The notes: a model not told the origin generated them from the letters alone. DNA of 64,000 nucleotides from a candidate division FCPU426 bacterium (GCA_963796105.1 CAWCKJ010000004.1:512001-576000), one strand, 5' to 3'. Counted from the first letter of the stretch, positions 37,226 through 47,544 are shown. Numbers and translations: made by a program.

Positions 37226-39208
37226 TTAATGCGTCAACATGTAAATCAGCAAAGCGGCGCCGATGGCGATATAAAGCAGGTAGACCCGGATCAAGCCGAC
37301 CTGGAAACCACGAAGAAGTTTCGCCAAACCGTAAAACCCCCTGACCGCGGCATCTATCATCCGGTTGATCAGAAGCTGTTCGACAATCCTGTTTGAAACC
37401 ACATTCGCGAAACTTTTGACCCATTTGATAACGGTCATCTCGTAAATTTTGTCAACATAATATTTTTGCTCAATGGCTTTCTTCCCCCCGGGGATCAGTT
37501 TTAGAATCCTCGCGCTGACGTTGTGCTTCAAGCCATAGACGTACCAAGCCGCGCCCGCGCCCAAGCCCGCTACCAGGAAAGACAGGAGCATCAACAAGGG
37601 TTCCACCTTCGGGGAAAGGGCGTTGGGTTCGAGGGAGGAGAGCCGGAAAAGGGGCTCGAGAAATTTATTAAACGGATTTTCACCGCCGATTCCCTCAGGC
37701 ACGCCGATCCACCCCACGAAGATGGAGCCCAACGCCAGGATAAAGAGAGGAATTACCATCGCGCGCGGGGACTCATGCATCTGCTCAAACATTTCCGGGG
37801 TGCCCTTGAATTCCCCCAAAAAAACCAAGACAACCAGCCTTGTCAGGTAGAAGGCCGTTAAAAAAGCCGCAGTCAAGGCCCCGAAATAAAGTACTTCAGG
37901 AAGTCCCGGCACCAAAGAGTTCGGGGTGGCGAGGGTCCTCCAGAGAATTTCATCCTTGCTGAAAAAAGACCCGCAAAAGGGAAGAAGCCCCGTCAGGGAA
38001 AGCCAGCCAATCAGGAAGGACACGCTCGTCAGGGGCACATGCTTTAAAAGGCCTCCCATCTTCCGGATATCCTGCTCGCCCTTGAGGACGTGAATGACGG
38101 AACCGGCTCCCAAAAAAAGGCAGGCTTTGGAAAAACCATGGGTGATGAGGTGGAACATCCCGGCTGAATAGGCTCCGACTCCCGCCCCCAGAAACATGAA
38201 TCCCAGCTGGGAAATGGTGGAATAGGCCAGTATTTTTTTAATGTCGTTCTGGCCCAGGGCGATGGTGCCGGCCAATAGCGCCGTCAATAGGCCGATGACA
38301 GCCACTGTCATGGAAGCCCAGGGGGCCAGCACATAAAGAAAATGAAGCCGGGCCACCAGGTAAACACCCGCGGTCACCATCGTGGCCGCGTGGATCAAGG
38401 CCGAGACCGGCGTCGGCCCCGCCATGGCGTCCGGCAGCCAGACATACAGGGGAATTTGGGCGGACTTCCCGGCCGCTCCGAAGAAAAAGCAAAGACAGGC
38501 TAGGGTGGCCATGGTCTCGTTAAAAGCCATCTTATGGGCTTGAAGGTCGTTGAAATCGAGGGTCCCGGTCAATCCGTAAACAATTAAAAGTCCGGCCAGG
38601 AAACCCGCGTCCCCGATCCTGTTCAAAATGATGGCTTTTTTCCCCGCGTCGGCCTTGGCTTTGTCCTCAAACCAGAAACTGATGAGGATATAAGAACAGA
38701 ACCCGACTCCCTCCCATCCCAGGAAAAGAACCAGCAAGTTCTCCGCCATGACTAGCACCAGCATGGAGAAAAGGAAAAGATTGAGAAATACGAAATACCG
38801 TCCAAAACCTTCGTCCCCCTTCATATAACCCACCGAGTAGAGATGGATAAGGCTTGAGACAAACGTGATAAAAACAGCCATGACGATGGAAAGCGAGTCG
38901 AGCTGCAAATTCAATCGGACATGAAAACCCCCCGCCTCGATCCAATCGAACAAGTCCTGGACCAGGCAAACATTCTCATGGAGATTCTTGAATTGGAGGA
39001 AAACCAGGAAAGCGGCGAGGAAGGAAAATACGGACGCCCCGCACCCGATGACGGAATAAATCCTCTCAGCAAAAGACGTTTTCCTTCCCGGGAAAAACAG
39101 GACGAATAAGCCGTTGAGGACGGCGCCCAGGAGGGGAAACGCCGGTATGAGCCAGATCCAGCCGTTGGGGATCAAGGCACTGTTTTGAATGTGTTCGAGT
39201 CCTAGCAT
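37226..39208 (-). CDS. nuoL: NADH-quinone oxidoreductase subunit L
   Basis: GWEGVG, NRIGDAG, KSAQIPLYVWLPDAMAGPTPVSALIHAATMV. Confidence 0.95.
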   Translation of the reverse strand: MLGLEHIQNSALIPNGWIWLIPAFPLLGAVLNGLFVLFFPGRKTSFAERIYSVIGCGASVFSFLAAFLVFLQFKNLHENVCLVQDLFDWIEAGGFHVRLNLQLDSLSIVMAVFITFVSSLIHLYSVGYMKGDEGFGRYFVFLNLFLFSMLVLVMAENLLVLFLGWEGVGFCSYILISFWFEDKAKADAGKKAIILNRIGDAGFLAGLLIVYGLTGTLDFNDLQAHKMAFNETMATLACLCFFFGAAGKSAQIPLYVWLPDAMAGPTPVSALIHAATMVTAGVYLVARLHFLYVLAPWASMTVAVIGLLTALLAGTIALGQNDIKKILAYSTISQLGFMFLGAGVGAYSAGMFHLITHGFSKACLFLGAGSVIHVLKGEQDIRKMGGLLKHVPLTSVSFLIGWLSLTGLLPFCGSFFSKDEILWRTLATPNSLVPGLPEVLYFGALTAAFLTAFYLTRLVVLVFLGEFKGTPEMFEQMHESPRAMVIPLFILALGSIFVGWIGVPEGIGGENPFNKFLEPLFRLSSLEPNALSPKVEPLLMLLSFLVAGLGAGAAWYVYGLKHNVSARILKLIPGGKKAIEQKYYVDKIYEMTVIKWVKSFANVVSNRIVEQLLINRMIDAAVRGFYGLAKLLRGFQVGLIRVYLLYIAIGAALLIYMLTH

Positions 39209-39248
39209 TTAGTCCCGCGCCTCAATTCATGGATGATATCAATTATTC

Positions 39249-39566
39249 TCAGCCCTTCAAACTGCTGAATAAATCAACGTCAACGGAGTTCCTCAAGCGG
39301 TACAGGGCCAGGAGGAGGGCCAGTCCCACGCAAGCCTCGGCCGCCGCGACCGCCACGACGAACAGGGCCGCCACCTGCCCGGCCATGTCGCCGTTGATCC
39401 TGGAAAATGTGACGAAGGAAAGATTGATCGCGTTCAGCATGAGTTCCAACGACATCAGGATGACGAAAAGGTTCCTCCGGGAGAATACTCCCGCCATGCC
39501 CACGATAAATAAGAGAGTGGAAAGGACCAGGTAATGGGACGGCGTCACTGGGAAAAACAAGTCCAT
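39249..39566 (-). CDS. nuoK: NADH-quinone oxidoreductase subunit K
   Basis: RRNL..LMSLELMLNA, VAAAEACVGLA; start trimmed to ATG 39566. Confidence 0.93.
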   Translation of the reverse strand: MDLFFPVTPSHYLVLSTLLFIVGMAGVFSRRNLFVILMSLELMLNAINLSFVTFSRINGDMAGQVAALFVVAVAAAEACVGLALLLALYRLRNSVDVDLFSSLKG

Positions 39567-39677
39567 ATGAACCCCGAATCGAATAAAGTTCCCGGGCCTT
39601 GACCGGGTCAGCCATTTCCTCAACCAGCCGCGAATCCTTGCTACAAACCGTCCGGTTTGTAGCGGTCTTATATGCCG

Positions 39678-40181
39678 TTAAAGTTTCTTTTTTGCCAGCA
39701 CCACCGCTCCTACGACAGCCGTTAGGAGCAGCAGTGAAAGCATCTCGAATGGAAACAAATAGATCGAAAAAATCTTTTCCCCCACGCTGACAAGCCCTCC
39801 GAAATCCGCGGGAATCAGCGAATTTTTCAAGCCCCGGGAGGGAAAACCCAACGACAGGAAAGGGCTTAGAAACATCCCAGCCGAACCTAGAAGCGCCAAG
39901 GCTACGACCGCCCATTTCGCCCTCAATTTCCCCAACTCTTCCTCATGAAGGTTCAACAGCATGATGACGAAAAGCACCAGGACCGTGATGCCCCCCGCGT
40001 AGATCAGAACCTGGACCACCGCGATAAACTGGGCTGAAAGCAGGGCGTAAAGTCCCGCCAAGGCGGCGAAAGCGCCCACCATAGCCAGGGCGGAAGCTAT
40101 GGGATTGGTCCGGGTGATCACCAAAAGACCCAAACCCAGCAAGAGCGCCGAAAGAATGTAAAACACCGCCGATTCCATCAT
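39678..40181 (-). CDS. nuoJ: NADH-quinone oxidoreductase subunit J
   Basis: QVLIYAGGI.VL.LFVIMLL, YLFPFE. Confidence 0.93.
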   Translation of the reverse strand: MMESAVFYILSALLLGLGLLVITRTNPIASALAMVGAFAALAGLYALLSAQFIAVVQVLIYAGGITVLVLFVIMLLNLHEEELGKLRAKWAVVALALLGSAGMFLSPFLSLGFPSRGLKNSLIPADFGGLVSVGEKIFSIYLFPFEMLSLLLLTAVVGAVVLAKKKL

Positions 40182-40222
40182 GATTACCTCAAGCAAAAAT
40201 TCTCAAAATGAGGACCGATCCG

Positions 40223-40780
40223 TCAGGGCTTGGCATGCGGTCCATGGGTCCAAATTAAAGGCCGGGGTGGATTATAACCGGTAACGAAGTCGCTGTTGTC
40301 ATGATCCATCAGGAATTTCTTGTCGTACACGAGGCTTTGACGGGTGTAACCGGCCAGGGTCACTTCCGGCACGTCCATTCGGATGGCGTCCAGGGGGCAG
40401 GCATCCACGCAAAAGCCGCAGTAAACACAGCGCAGCATGTCGATGTCGAATTTTTCCGGGAACTTCTCGATAAACGGGTCCTTGGACTCGGCCGCCCGGA
40501 TATGGATGCACTCGGCCGGACATGCGGTGGCGCAAAGCATGCAGGCGGTGCACCGGGTGGAGCCGTCCTGCCGCTTCATCAGGCGGTGCCGGCCCCGGGT
40601 CGCGGGAGGAAGCGCCTTTTTCTCTTCGGGGAAAAAAACCGTGGGGATCCGGCCGGGATTCAGGAGGTTTTGAACAGCGTGACGCAGGGTCACGTAAAGG
40701 CCTCCCAAGATCTCGGCGATGTAAAATTTTTGCAGGGCCCTCATTTTGGGCCGGTTCACGATTTTCAAGGAATCCCCCAA
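40223..40780 (-). CDS. nuoI: NADH-quinone oxidoreductase subunit I
   Basis: RCTACMLCATACP and RCVYCGFCVDACP. Confidence 0.93.
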   Translation of the reverse strand: MGDSLKIVNRPKMRALQKFYIAEILGGLYVTLRHAVQNLLNPGRIPTVFFPEEKKALPPATRGRHRLMKRQDGSTRCTACMLCATACPAECIHIRAAESKDPFIEKFPEKFDIDMLRCVYCGFCVDACPLDAIRMDVPEVTLAGYTRQSLVYDKKFLMDHDNSDFVTGYNPPRPLIWTHGPHAKP

Positions 40781-40808
40781 ACAAAGCGGTTAATCACCCG
40801 GTCCATTC

Positions 40809-42119
40809 TCAACTTTTTTGAACCAGGATTAAAACTCCAGTAACCAGCAGGTTCAACAATGCGATGGGCAGCATGATTCTCCAGCCCAGCTTCATGAGCT
40901 GGTCGTAGCGGAATCTCGGCAAGGTCCAGCGCACCCAAACATAAAGCCAGCAAAAGAATAAAACCTTTACGAGCAGCGTCAGGACCTGCAGGACGGCGGT
41001 GAATACCGGCGGAGCCCATTCGGGTAAAGGTCCGTTCAAAAAAGCGTAACCCAGGCAGGCAAGTCCCGCCAGGACGCCGAGAAAACCAGTCCCCGAAATC
41101 AGGAAAGGCTCCCACCGCTTTAGGCCCTGATATTGGTTTTGATTTCGTTTGGCCCGCAAATAGAGGACGAACCCGAATAATCCCCCCCCGGTCACGAGGG
41201 CCAATCCGAGAATCTTCAGCGTCACGGAAGGGTTTTGCCTGAGAAAATCCGCAGTCGCGAACGGGACCTGGTATCCCCCTAGAAATAGGGTGGAAAGGAC
41301 GAAGGATACCACCGTCATATTCACGTATTCCGCCATGAAGAAAAGGGCGAATTTCACGCCGGAGTATTCCACATGGTATCCGGCCACGAGCTCACTTTCA
41401 CCCTCCGCCAGGTCAAAAGGGTTCCGATTGGTCTCGGCGAAACCGCAGACCAAAAATAAGAGAAATCCCACCGGTTGGAGAAAAATGCCCCAGTTGGGAA
41501 GAGGCAAAGCGTATCCAAAGAAGCTCAAAAAACCTCCCTGGATTTCCACCACCTGGCCCATTCCAGCTTGCTGGTAGGACATCAACAAACCCGCCAAAGC
41601 CAGGCCCATGGAAAGCTCGTAGGAAATCATTTGGGCGGAGGACCGCAATCCCCCTAGCAGGGAAAACTTGTTGTTGGAGGACCATCCCGCCAAGATCACC
41701 CCGAACACGCCCAAACCGGCGATGGAGAAAATATAGAGTGCTCCCATACCCAAATCGGCCGCTTGGAACCGCAAGGTACGGCTCCCGAAAGTCTCCGGGG
41801 AGGCAAGGGGAATGACGAGCAGGGGAAGAAGCGCGATAGTCATGGACCAGCAGGGAGCCAGGAAGTAGTAAAAACGGTTGACCCGGCCCGGAGTGACGCT
41901 TTCCTTCATCATCAGCTTGAGCGTGTCGGCGAAATTTTGGATGTACCCCATAAGGCGCAACCCAAGGATGTCAGTCCGATTGGGGCCGATGCGGTCCTGA
42001 ATCACCGCGCTTCCCTTTCGCTCCAACCAGATCAGGAAGGGGATGAAAGATAGCGGAAGAATCCAAGCGACCACCACCATGAACGTGGTATTGAGGAAGA
42101 TGAATAGCTGGTTATCCAA
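40809..42119 (-). CDS. nuoH: NADH-quinone oxidoreductase subunit H
   Basis: ERK...QDRIGPNR, AETNRNPFDLAEGESELVAGY, PRFRYDQLM. Confidence 0.95.
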   Translation of the reverse strand: MDNQLFIFLNTTFMVVVAWILPLSFIPFLIWLERKGSAVIQDRIGPNRTDILGLRLMGYIQNFADTLKLMMKESVTPGRVNRFYYFLAPCWSMTIALLPLLVIPLASPETFGSRTLRFQAADLGMGALYIFSIAGLGVFGVILAGWSSNNKFSLLGGLRSSAQMISYELSMGLALAGLLMSYQQAGMGQVVEIQGGFLSFFGYALPLPNWGIFLQPVGFLLFLVCGFAETNRNPFDLAEGESELVAGYHVEYSGVKFALFFMAEYVNMTVVSFVLSTLFLGGYQVPFATADFLRQNPSVTLKILGLALVTGGGLFGFVLYLRAKRNQNQYQGLKRWEPFLISGTGFLGVLAGLACLGYAFLNGPLPEWAPPVFTAVLQVLTLLVKVLFFCWLYVWVRWTLPRFRYDQLMKLGWRIMLPIALLNLLVTGVLILVQKS

Positions 42120-42161
42120 TGCTTCCTCCCAAAACGATTCTTCTCAAACGGGCTTTTTGTT

Positions 42162-43787
42162 TCATGCTTTTTCCTTAACCGCAGGCCGCGAGCAGGTGTC
42201 GGCGCTTTGAAAAGGCTCCGGCGCGCTGGTCTTAAACGCCAAAATTTTTCCAACGCCCGGAATGGAGGAGAAGGTCATCCCCCTCAAGGCCTCGGCCCCG
42301 AGAGCCATGTCGTTAAAGATAGACTGAGTGTCCTCCAGGTCCATCCCGGGGGCTTCAAGGGCCAATCCCAGGCGGTAAACCCAGACGCAGGCTTCCACAA
42401 CGTCCGGATGGGGCGAGTCCAGCGCCGCTTGGAATTTTTGCAGTCTCCACGTGGCGTTCACATAGGTTCCCGCCCGCTCCGTAAAAGGCAGGATGGGAAA
42501 AGCCATGGCCGCTTGCTGGGCCAGGGGGGTTTGATGGGTTGAAAGAACCACCAGGACCTTCACTTTTTTGTACTTTTTCAGGGACTCCTCCACATCCCTT
42601 CCCTGGGAGTCTGGATGAAGCAGGAGGACCGCCTTGAATTCCCCCTTTTCCATCCTTGTGTTGAACTTCTCATCCTCCTTTGGAATCCCTAAAAGTTTCA
42701 ACCCCGCCTCGTTGGGATATTTCTCCGGAAGTCTCAGAATGGAGTCGAAAGTCCCTTTGGAGGGACCGGAGGAAGCTCTTAGGTTCTTGGGGTTGAATTT
42801 CTTCTCGAACAATTTTAAAAGGGCGTATTGGTCCTCAAGGGTGGCATAGGGGGAGGCGATTCCCGCAATCTCCTCCTTGGAAATTCCCGCTAGAAGGGCG
42901 GCCAATTGGCCGATTCCCTCCTTCAGGGAAGTGTTCTTATGCCCCAGGCGAATTTCCATCAGGCGGTTCTCCTGGTAATGCTTGAAGGAAAACCGGCCCT
43001 CGTCGCAGATCCAGGCCTTGTTGAGCCCGGCGTTTTCCCTGGGCATGAAGCGGTAAATCCTTCCTTGGTTATGCTCCGCTGTGATATTGCAACCCCTCGC
43101 GCAACCCGGGCAGATGGACGGCGTTTTTTTCAGGAGCCAAACCCTCTGTTTGAAGCGGAATTCCTTCAGGGTGAGCGCGCCGACCGGGCAGACATCCGCG
43201 ACATTGCCCGAATAGGGGTTGTCCAGCCGGATACCAGGGAAGATGGTGAGCTTGGCCTCGTGCCCGCGGTGGATGATCCCCAGTTCGGAGGTTTTGGGGA
43301 CCTCATCCACGAAACGGATGCAACGGGTGCAAAGAACGCAGCGCTCCTGGTCCAAAACGACATGCTCGCCGATATCCTCGGCTTTGCCTCCCTTGAAATA
43401 CCGCTCGACTCCCCGGCGGAAGTCATAAAGGCCGTACTGCATGTATTGGTCCTGGAGCCTGCACTCCCCCGCCTTGTCGCAGACGGGGCAGTCCAGTGGA
43501 TGGTCCAGCAGGAGCATTTCCAGCGCGGTTCTTTGGGCCTCCTGTGCCCTGGGAGTGTCCGTATGGATGACCATTCCTTCCGCCGCGTGGGTGTTGCACC
43601 CGATGGCGAGCTGGTTGCCCTTGGGCCCCTCGATTTCCACCATGCAGGTGCGGCAATTGCCAGCCACCGGCAGGTAGCGGTGGTAGCAAAAGTGCTCCAG
43701 GGGGATGCCGTTGGTGACTGCCGCCTCCAGCACATTCGTGCCTTCGGGGACCTCCACTTTTTTCCCGTTGATGGTGATTTTCGCCAC
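42162..43787 (-). CDS. nuoG: NADH-quinone oxidoreductase subunit G (short form)
   Basis: CYH...GNCRTC, HPLDCPVCDKAGEC, CVLCTRC and CPGCARGC...ICDEGR. Confidence 0.92.
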   Translation of the reverse strand: MAKITINGKKVEVPEGTNVLEAAVTNGIPLEHFCYHRYLPVAGNCRTCMVEIEGPKGNQLAIGCNTHAAEGMVIHTDTPRAQEAQRTALEMLLLDHPLDCPVCDKAGECRLQDQYMQYGLYDFRRGVERYFKGGKAEDIGEHVVLDQERCVLCTRCIRFVDEVPKTSELGIIHRGHEAKLTIFPGIRLDNPYSGNVADVCPVGALTLKEFRFKQRVWLLKKTPSICPGCARGCNITAEHNQGRIYRFMPRENAGLNKAWICDEGRFSFKHYQENRLMEIRLGHKNTSLKEGIGQLAALLAGISKEEIAGIASPYATLEDQYALLKLFEKKFNPKNLRASSGPSKGTFDSILRLPEKYPNEAGLKLLGIPKEDEKFNTRMEKGEFKAVLLLHPDSQGRDVEESLKKYKKVKVLVVLSTHQTPLAQQAAMAFPILPFTERAGTYVNATWRLQKFQAALDSPHPDVVEACVWVYRLGLALEAPGMDLEDTQSIFNDMALGAEALRGMTFSSIPGVGKILAFKTSAPEPFQSADTCSRPAVKEKA

Positions 43788-43789
43788 TT

Positions 43790-45079
43790 TTAAATCCCCT
43801 TGATTTCAGCCGGAACGGCTGAAAAAGTAGGTTTGCAGAGCCTCTCAAAATCCGGCCGGAACTTCTTGATGAAGCTTTTCAACGGCATGGCCAGGGCCGC
43901 CGAAAAAACGCAGATGGTGTGCCCCTCCATGTCATCGGCGACCTCCAGCATCAGGTCCAGGTCCTTGGTAGTGCTCTCCCCGGAGAGTAGTTTTTGCATG
44001 AGACGGTGCTCCCAGGCCGTGCCTTCCCGGCAGGGTGTGCATTGCCCGCAGGATTCGTGGGAATAAAAATGGGTCAGGTTGCCGAGGACCCTGGCCATGT
44101 CCGTGTGCTCGTTCAATAGGATGGCGCATCCCGTTCCCAGGAAAGTGCCATGGTCGTGCATGCTCTCATAGGTAAGCAGGAGATCCTCGCATTCCTTGGC
44201 CGTCAGCACCGGGCAGGAGGAACCCCCGGGAATGACGGCTTTGAGGCGCCCTCCCTTCACTCCCTTGCCGAATTTCTCGATGAATTCCATCATGGGCAAG
44301 CCGAAAGGCATCTCCCAGTACCCGGCTTGGTTCACGTGGCCCGAGAGCCCGAAGAGATGCGTGCCGGGGGAATCTGGCGTCCCGATGGAAGTGTAGGCTT
44401 TCGCCCCGTTCTGGATGATCCAGGGGACGGACGCGAGGGTCTTCACGTTGTTGACGATGGTGGGCCGGCGGAAAAGGCCCACGGAAGCGGGAAAGGGCGG
44501 CTTGATCCTGGGTTTTCCTGGTTTTCCTTCCAGTGATTCCAACAATCCCGTTTCCTCCCCGCAGATGTAGGCTCCCGCCCCGCGATGCACGTAAACCTCC
44601 AAGTCGAACCCCGAGTCCAGGATGTTTTTCCCTAGGTAGCCGGATTTTTTGGCCTCCTCAATGGCCCCGTTCAAACGCCGCATTTCATCGAAGAATTCTC
44701 CCCGGATATAGACATAGGCTATATGGCATCCGATGGCGTAGCTGGCGCAGACCACGCCTTCCAAGAGCAGGTGCGGGTCGTTCAACAGCATATACCGGTC
44801 GGTAAAGGTGCCTGGTTCGCCCTCGTCGGCGTTGACCACCAGGTAAACGGGCTTTCCGGCCGCGGGCGGCACGAAGGACCACTTGGTCCCAGTCGAAAAA
44901 CCCGCCCCGCCTCGGCCCTTGAGGCCGGAAGCCTTCACCTCATTGATCACCTCCGAAGGTTTCATGGAGAAAAGCTTTTTCAGGGACGAGTAGCCGCCGG
45001 TGGACAACGACACCTTCAAGGTGTGGCTATCCTGGAGGCCGAATCTCTTTGTCAATTGCGGTTCAACTGTCGGCATCAT
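43790..45079 (-). CDS. nuoF: NADH-quinone oxidoreductase subunit F
   Basis: GRGGAGF, NADEGEPGT, GAGAYICGEET, ESCGQCTPCREG. Confidence 0.95.
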   Translation of the reverse strand: MMPTVEPQLTKRFGLQDSHTLKVSLSTGGYSSLKKLFSMKPSEVINEVKASGLKGRGGAGFSTGTKWSFVPPAAGKPVYLVVNADEGEPGTFTDRYMLLNDPHLLLEGVVCASYAIGCHIAYVYIRGEFFDEMRRLNGAIEEAKKSGYLGKNILDSGFDLEVYVHRGAGAYICGEETGLLESLEGKPGKPRIKPPFPASVGLFRRPTIVNNVKTLASVPWIIQNGAKAYTSIGTPDSPGTHLFGLSGHVNQAGYWEMPFGLPMMEFIEKFGKGVKGGRLKAVIPGGSSCPVLTAKECEDLLLTYESMHDHGTFLGTGCAILLNEHTDMARVLGNLTHFYSHESCGQCTPCREGTAWEHRLMQKLLSGESTTKDLDLMLEVADDMEGHTICVFSAALAMPLKSFIKKFRPDFERLCKPTFSAVPAEIKGI

Positions 45080-45110
45080 CTCTCCAATGATAAGAAATCA
45101 TTCCGGATTT

Positions 45111-45602
45111 CTATCTTCTGATCTCGAACATTTTTAATTTTTCAATCAACTTTTCGATCTTCTCCGGCGTCAGGTTCTCGTGGTACTCGTCGTTCACCCT
45201 CATGCAGGGACCCGTGTGGCAGGATGCCAGGCATTCCACTGGCTGGTAGCTAAAAAGGCCGTCAGGCGTGGTTTCCCCCGGTTTCAAGTCCAGAACCCTC
45301 TCGAGGGTTTTCTGGATTTCCTCGGCCCCGTTCAAAAGGCAGGAAAGGGTTTTGCAGACCTGCAGGTTGTACTTGCCCGGCTTGTTCTTGTGGTAAAGGG
45401 TGTAAAACTCGGCCACTTCCAGGACCTGGACCGGGGAGACGCCCACCAGTTTCGCGGCCGCCTCTAAAACATCATTGGACAGCCATCCAAAATCCCTCTG
45501 GGCGAGCCAGAGCGCCGGCAACAAGGCCGCCCTGCGGACAGGATACCGGGCCGCGATACTCTCGAACTCTTTAATGGTTTCCGGTTTGAATGCCACAGCC
45601 AT
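45111..45602 (-). CDS. nuoE: NADH-quinone oxidoreductase subunit E
   Basis: VCKTLSC...ECLASC [2Fe-2S] ligands. Confidence 0.93.
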   Translation of the reverse strand: MAVAFKPETIKEFESIAARYPVRRAALLPALWLAQRDFGWLSNDVLEAAAKLVGVSPVQVLEVAEFYTLYHKNKPGKYNLQVCKTLSCLLNGAEEIQKTLERVLDLKPGETTPDGLFSYQPVECLASCHTGPCMRVNDEYHENLTPEKIEKLIEKLKMFEIRR

Positions 45603-45613
45603 ATCGACCCCTG

Positions 45614-45648
45614 AATTTAAAATTCAACATTTAAAATTTAAAATTCGA
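45614..45648. repeat. Five AT-rich heptamer repeats (AATTTAA-like) between nuoD and nuoE
   Basis: AATTTAA AATTCAA CATTTAA AATTTAA AATTCGA. Confidence 0.75.
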
Positions 45649-45664
45649 GCTTGATCATTTCCTT

Positions 45665-46912
45665 TCAACGATCCAGCTCGCCGGCGATGATATTGATGGA
45701 CCCCAGGTTCACAATGGCGTCGGCGATCATGGAACCCTCGATCATCTCGTGGAACGCCGCGAAATTCATGAAACAAGGAGGTCGGCATTTCATCCGATAG
45801 GGATTCTTTCCCCCGTCGGACACGATATAGAAACCCAATTCCCCGTTGGCGGCCTCGGTGGCGTCGTAAATCTCCCCCGCCTCCGGGCGGATGCCGTGCA
45901 TGATGATTTTGAAATGGTTCATCAAGCCCTCGATATTGCCGTAGGTTTGAGCCTTGGGGGGCAGGGCCACCCTCTTGTCGTCGCTTATCACCGGCCCGCC
46001 TGGCATCTTCCGGAGGGCTTGCTCGATGATGGATGCGGATTCCTCGATCTCGTAAAGCCGCACGAAAATGCGGTCGAAAACGTCCCCTCGGGTCCCCACC
46101 GGCACCTCGAACTTGAAATCCTCGTAATGGTAATAGGGCTCCGCCTTGCGGAGGTCGTAATCCACCCCGCAGGCCCTTAAAGTCGGCCCGGTCCAGCCGT
46201 AGGAGAGTGCCCTTTCCTTGGAGATCACGCAGACTCCCTGGGTGCGGTCGAGGAAAATCCGGTTTGTTTCCACGAGTTTCTTCACATCCGAGAGGCTTTC
46301 CCTCACGGCCTTCAGGGCCGCGCGGACTTCCCCGCCGAAAGCGGGATAAACGTCCCTCATCAATCCCCCGATGCGGGTATAGCTGGAGGTCAGCCTGGCC
46401 CCGCAAAGCTTTTCCAGGATGTCGTAAACCTTCTCCCGGACGTTGAAAAAATACCAGAAATTGGTCAAGGCCCCCATGTCCACGAGGTTGGCCCCCACGC
46501 AAACCACGTGGTCGATGATGCGGTTCAACTCGGCGGTGATCACGCGGATGAAGACCGCCCGTTCCGGGATCTGGATCCGGAGCATGCGTTCCACCGCCTT
46601 GCAGTAACCCACGTTGTTCATGATGGCCGAGACGTAATTGAGCCGGTCAGTGTAAGGGATCCCCTGTTGGAAAGTATGCGCCTCGCAATCCTTCTCGAAA
46701 CCCCGGTGAAGGTATCCCTGCTCTGTCACAGCGCCCACAATGGTCTCGCCGTCCAGGGCGCAGAGAACCCTCAGGGCCCCGTGGGTGGCCGGGTGGCTGG
46801 GCCCCAAGTTCACGTAAACCAAGTCCTTTTTTTCCTTGGGACCTGAAAAATCCATTCCTGAGGCTGATTCTGCGTGGGGTAGAAGGGTTTCGGGGTTGAA
46901 AGAGGAACTCAT
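45665..46912 (-). CDS. nuoD: NADH-quinone oxidoreductase subunit D
   Basis: NLGPSHPATHG, GYLHRGFEK, DRLNY, terminal GELDR; no NiFe CxxC. Confidence 0.95.
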   Translation of the reverse strand: MSSSFNPETLLPHAESASGMDFSGPKEKKDLVYVNLGPSHPATHGALRVLCALDGETIVGAVTEQGYLHRGFEKDCEAHTFQQGIPYTDRLNYVSAIMNNVGYCKAVERMLRIQIPERAVFIRVITAELNRIIDHVVCVGANLVDMGALTNFWYFFNVREKVYDILEKLCGARLTSSYTRIGGLMRDVYPAFGGEVRAALKAVRESLSDVKKLVETNRIFLDRTQGVCVISKERALSYGWTGPTLRACGVDYDLRKAEPYYHYEDFKFEVPVGTRGDVFDRIFVRLYEIEESASIIEQALRKMPGGPVISDDKRVALPPKAQTYGNIEGLMNHFKIIMHGIRPEAGEIYDATEAANGELGFYIVSDGGKNPYRMKCRPPCFMNFAAFHEMIEGSMIADAIVNLGSINIIAGELDR

Positions 46913-47448
46913 CGGAACCCCTTGGCCCTGAGGCGCGAATCCATCTCATCCATCAGGGATTCGTTGTTGGAAAGCGATTGGCGTTTAGTGATGGGATAGT
47001 CCTTGCGCAGGGGATGCCCCACGAACTCATGGTGGTTCAGGATGCGCTTCAAGTTGGGATGGCCCGTGAAGCGCACGCCCATCTGGTCGAAAGCTTCCCT
47101 CTCCAGCCTTTCCGCGTTGGCGAATAGCGGGACCAGGGACGGGACGGAAGGATCGTCCTCCGGTACCAGGACCTTCAATTGGAGGCGGTGCTTCTGGGTA
47201 ACGGATTTGAATAGGTAGGCCAAGCCAAATCTCTCCACTTCCCATCCGGGAAAGGCTGAATAGTCGATGGAAACCAGGTCCACGAGCATATCCATATGCA
47301 AATTGGCGTTGTCCCGGAGGGTTTTCACCACATCCCCAAGACTATTCCGGTCCACTTGGATTTCCAGGAATCCGTAGCGGTCTTGTGAGCCCAGAATGGC
47401 GTCCGGATGTTTCCGTTGGAGTTTTTCAAGGATCAAAATATTTTCCAT
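46909..47448 (-). CDS. nuoC: NADH-quinone oxidoreductase subunit C
   Basis: ERE.FD..G..F.GHP...GHPLRKDYP. Confidence 0.93.
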   Translation of the reverse strand: MENILILEKLQRKHPDAILGSQDRYGFLEIQVDRNSLGDVVKTLRDNANLHMDMLVDLVSIDYSAFPGWEVERFGLAYLFKSVTQKHRLQLKVLVPEDDPSVPSLVPLFANAERLEREAFDQMGVRFTGHPNLKRILNHHEFVGHPLRKDYPITKRQSLSNNESLMDEMDSRLRAKGFR

Positions 47449-47544
47449 TGAATAACGAAACCTTTCCCTTGGAAGGCTGACTATCAAACATTAAAGAAAC
47501 TAACTGCGCATCGTCATTTTGCCGTGATTCACCCCGTGCAAAAA

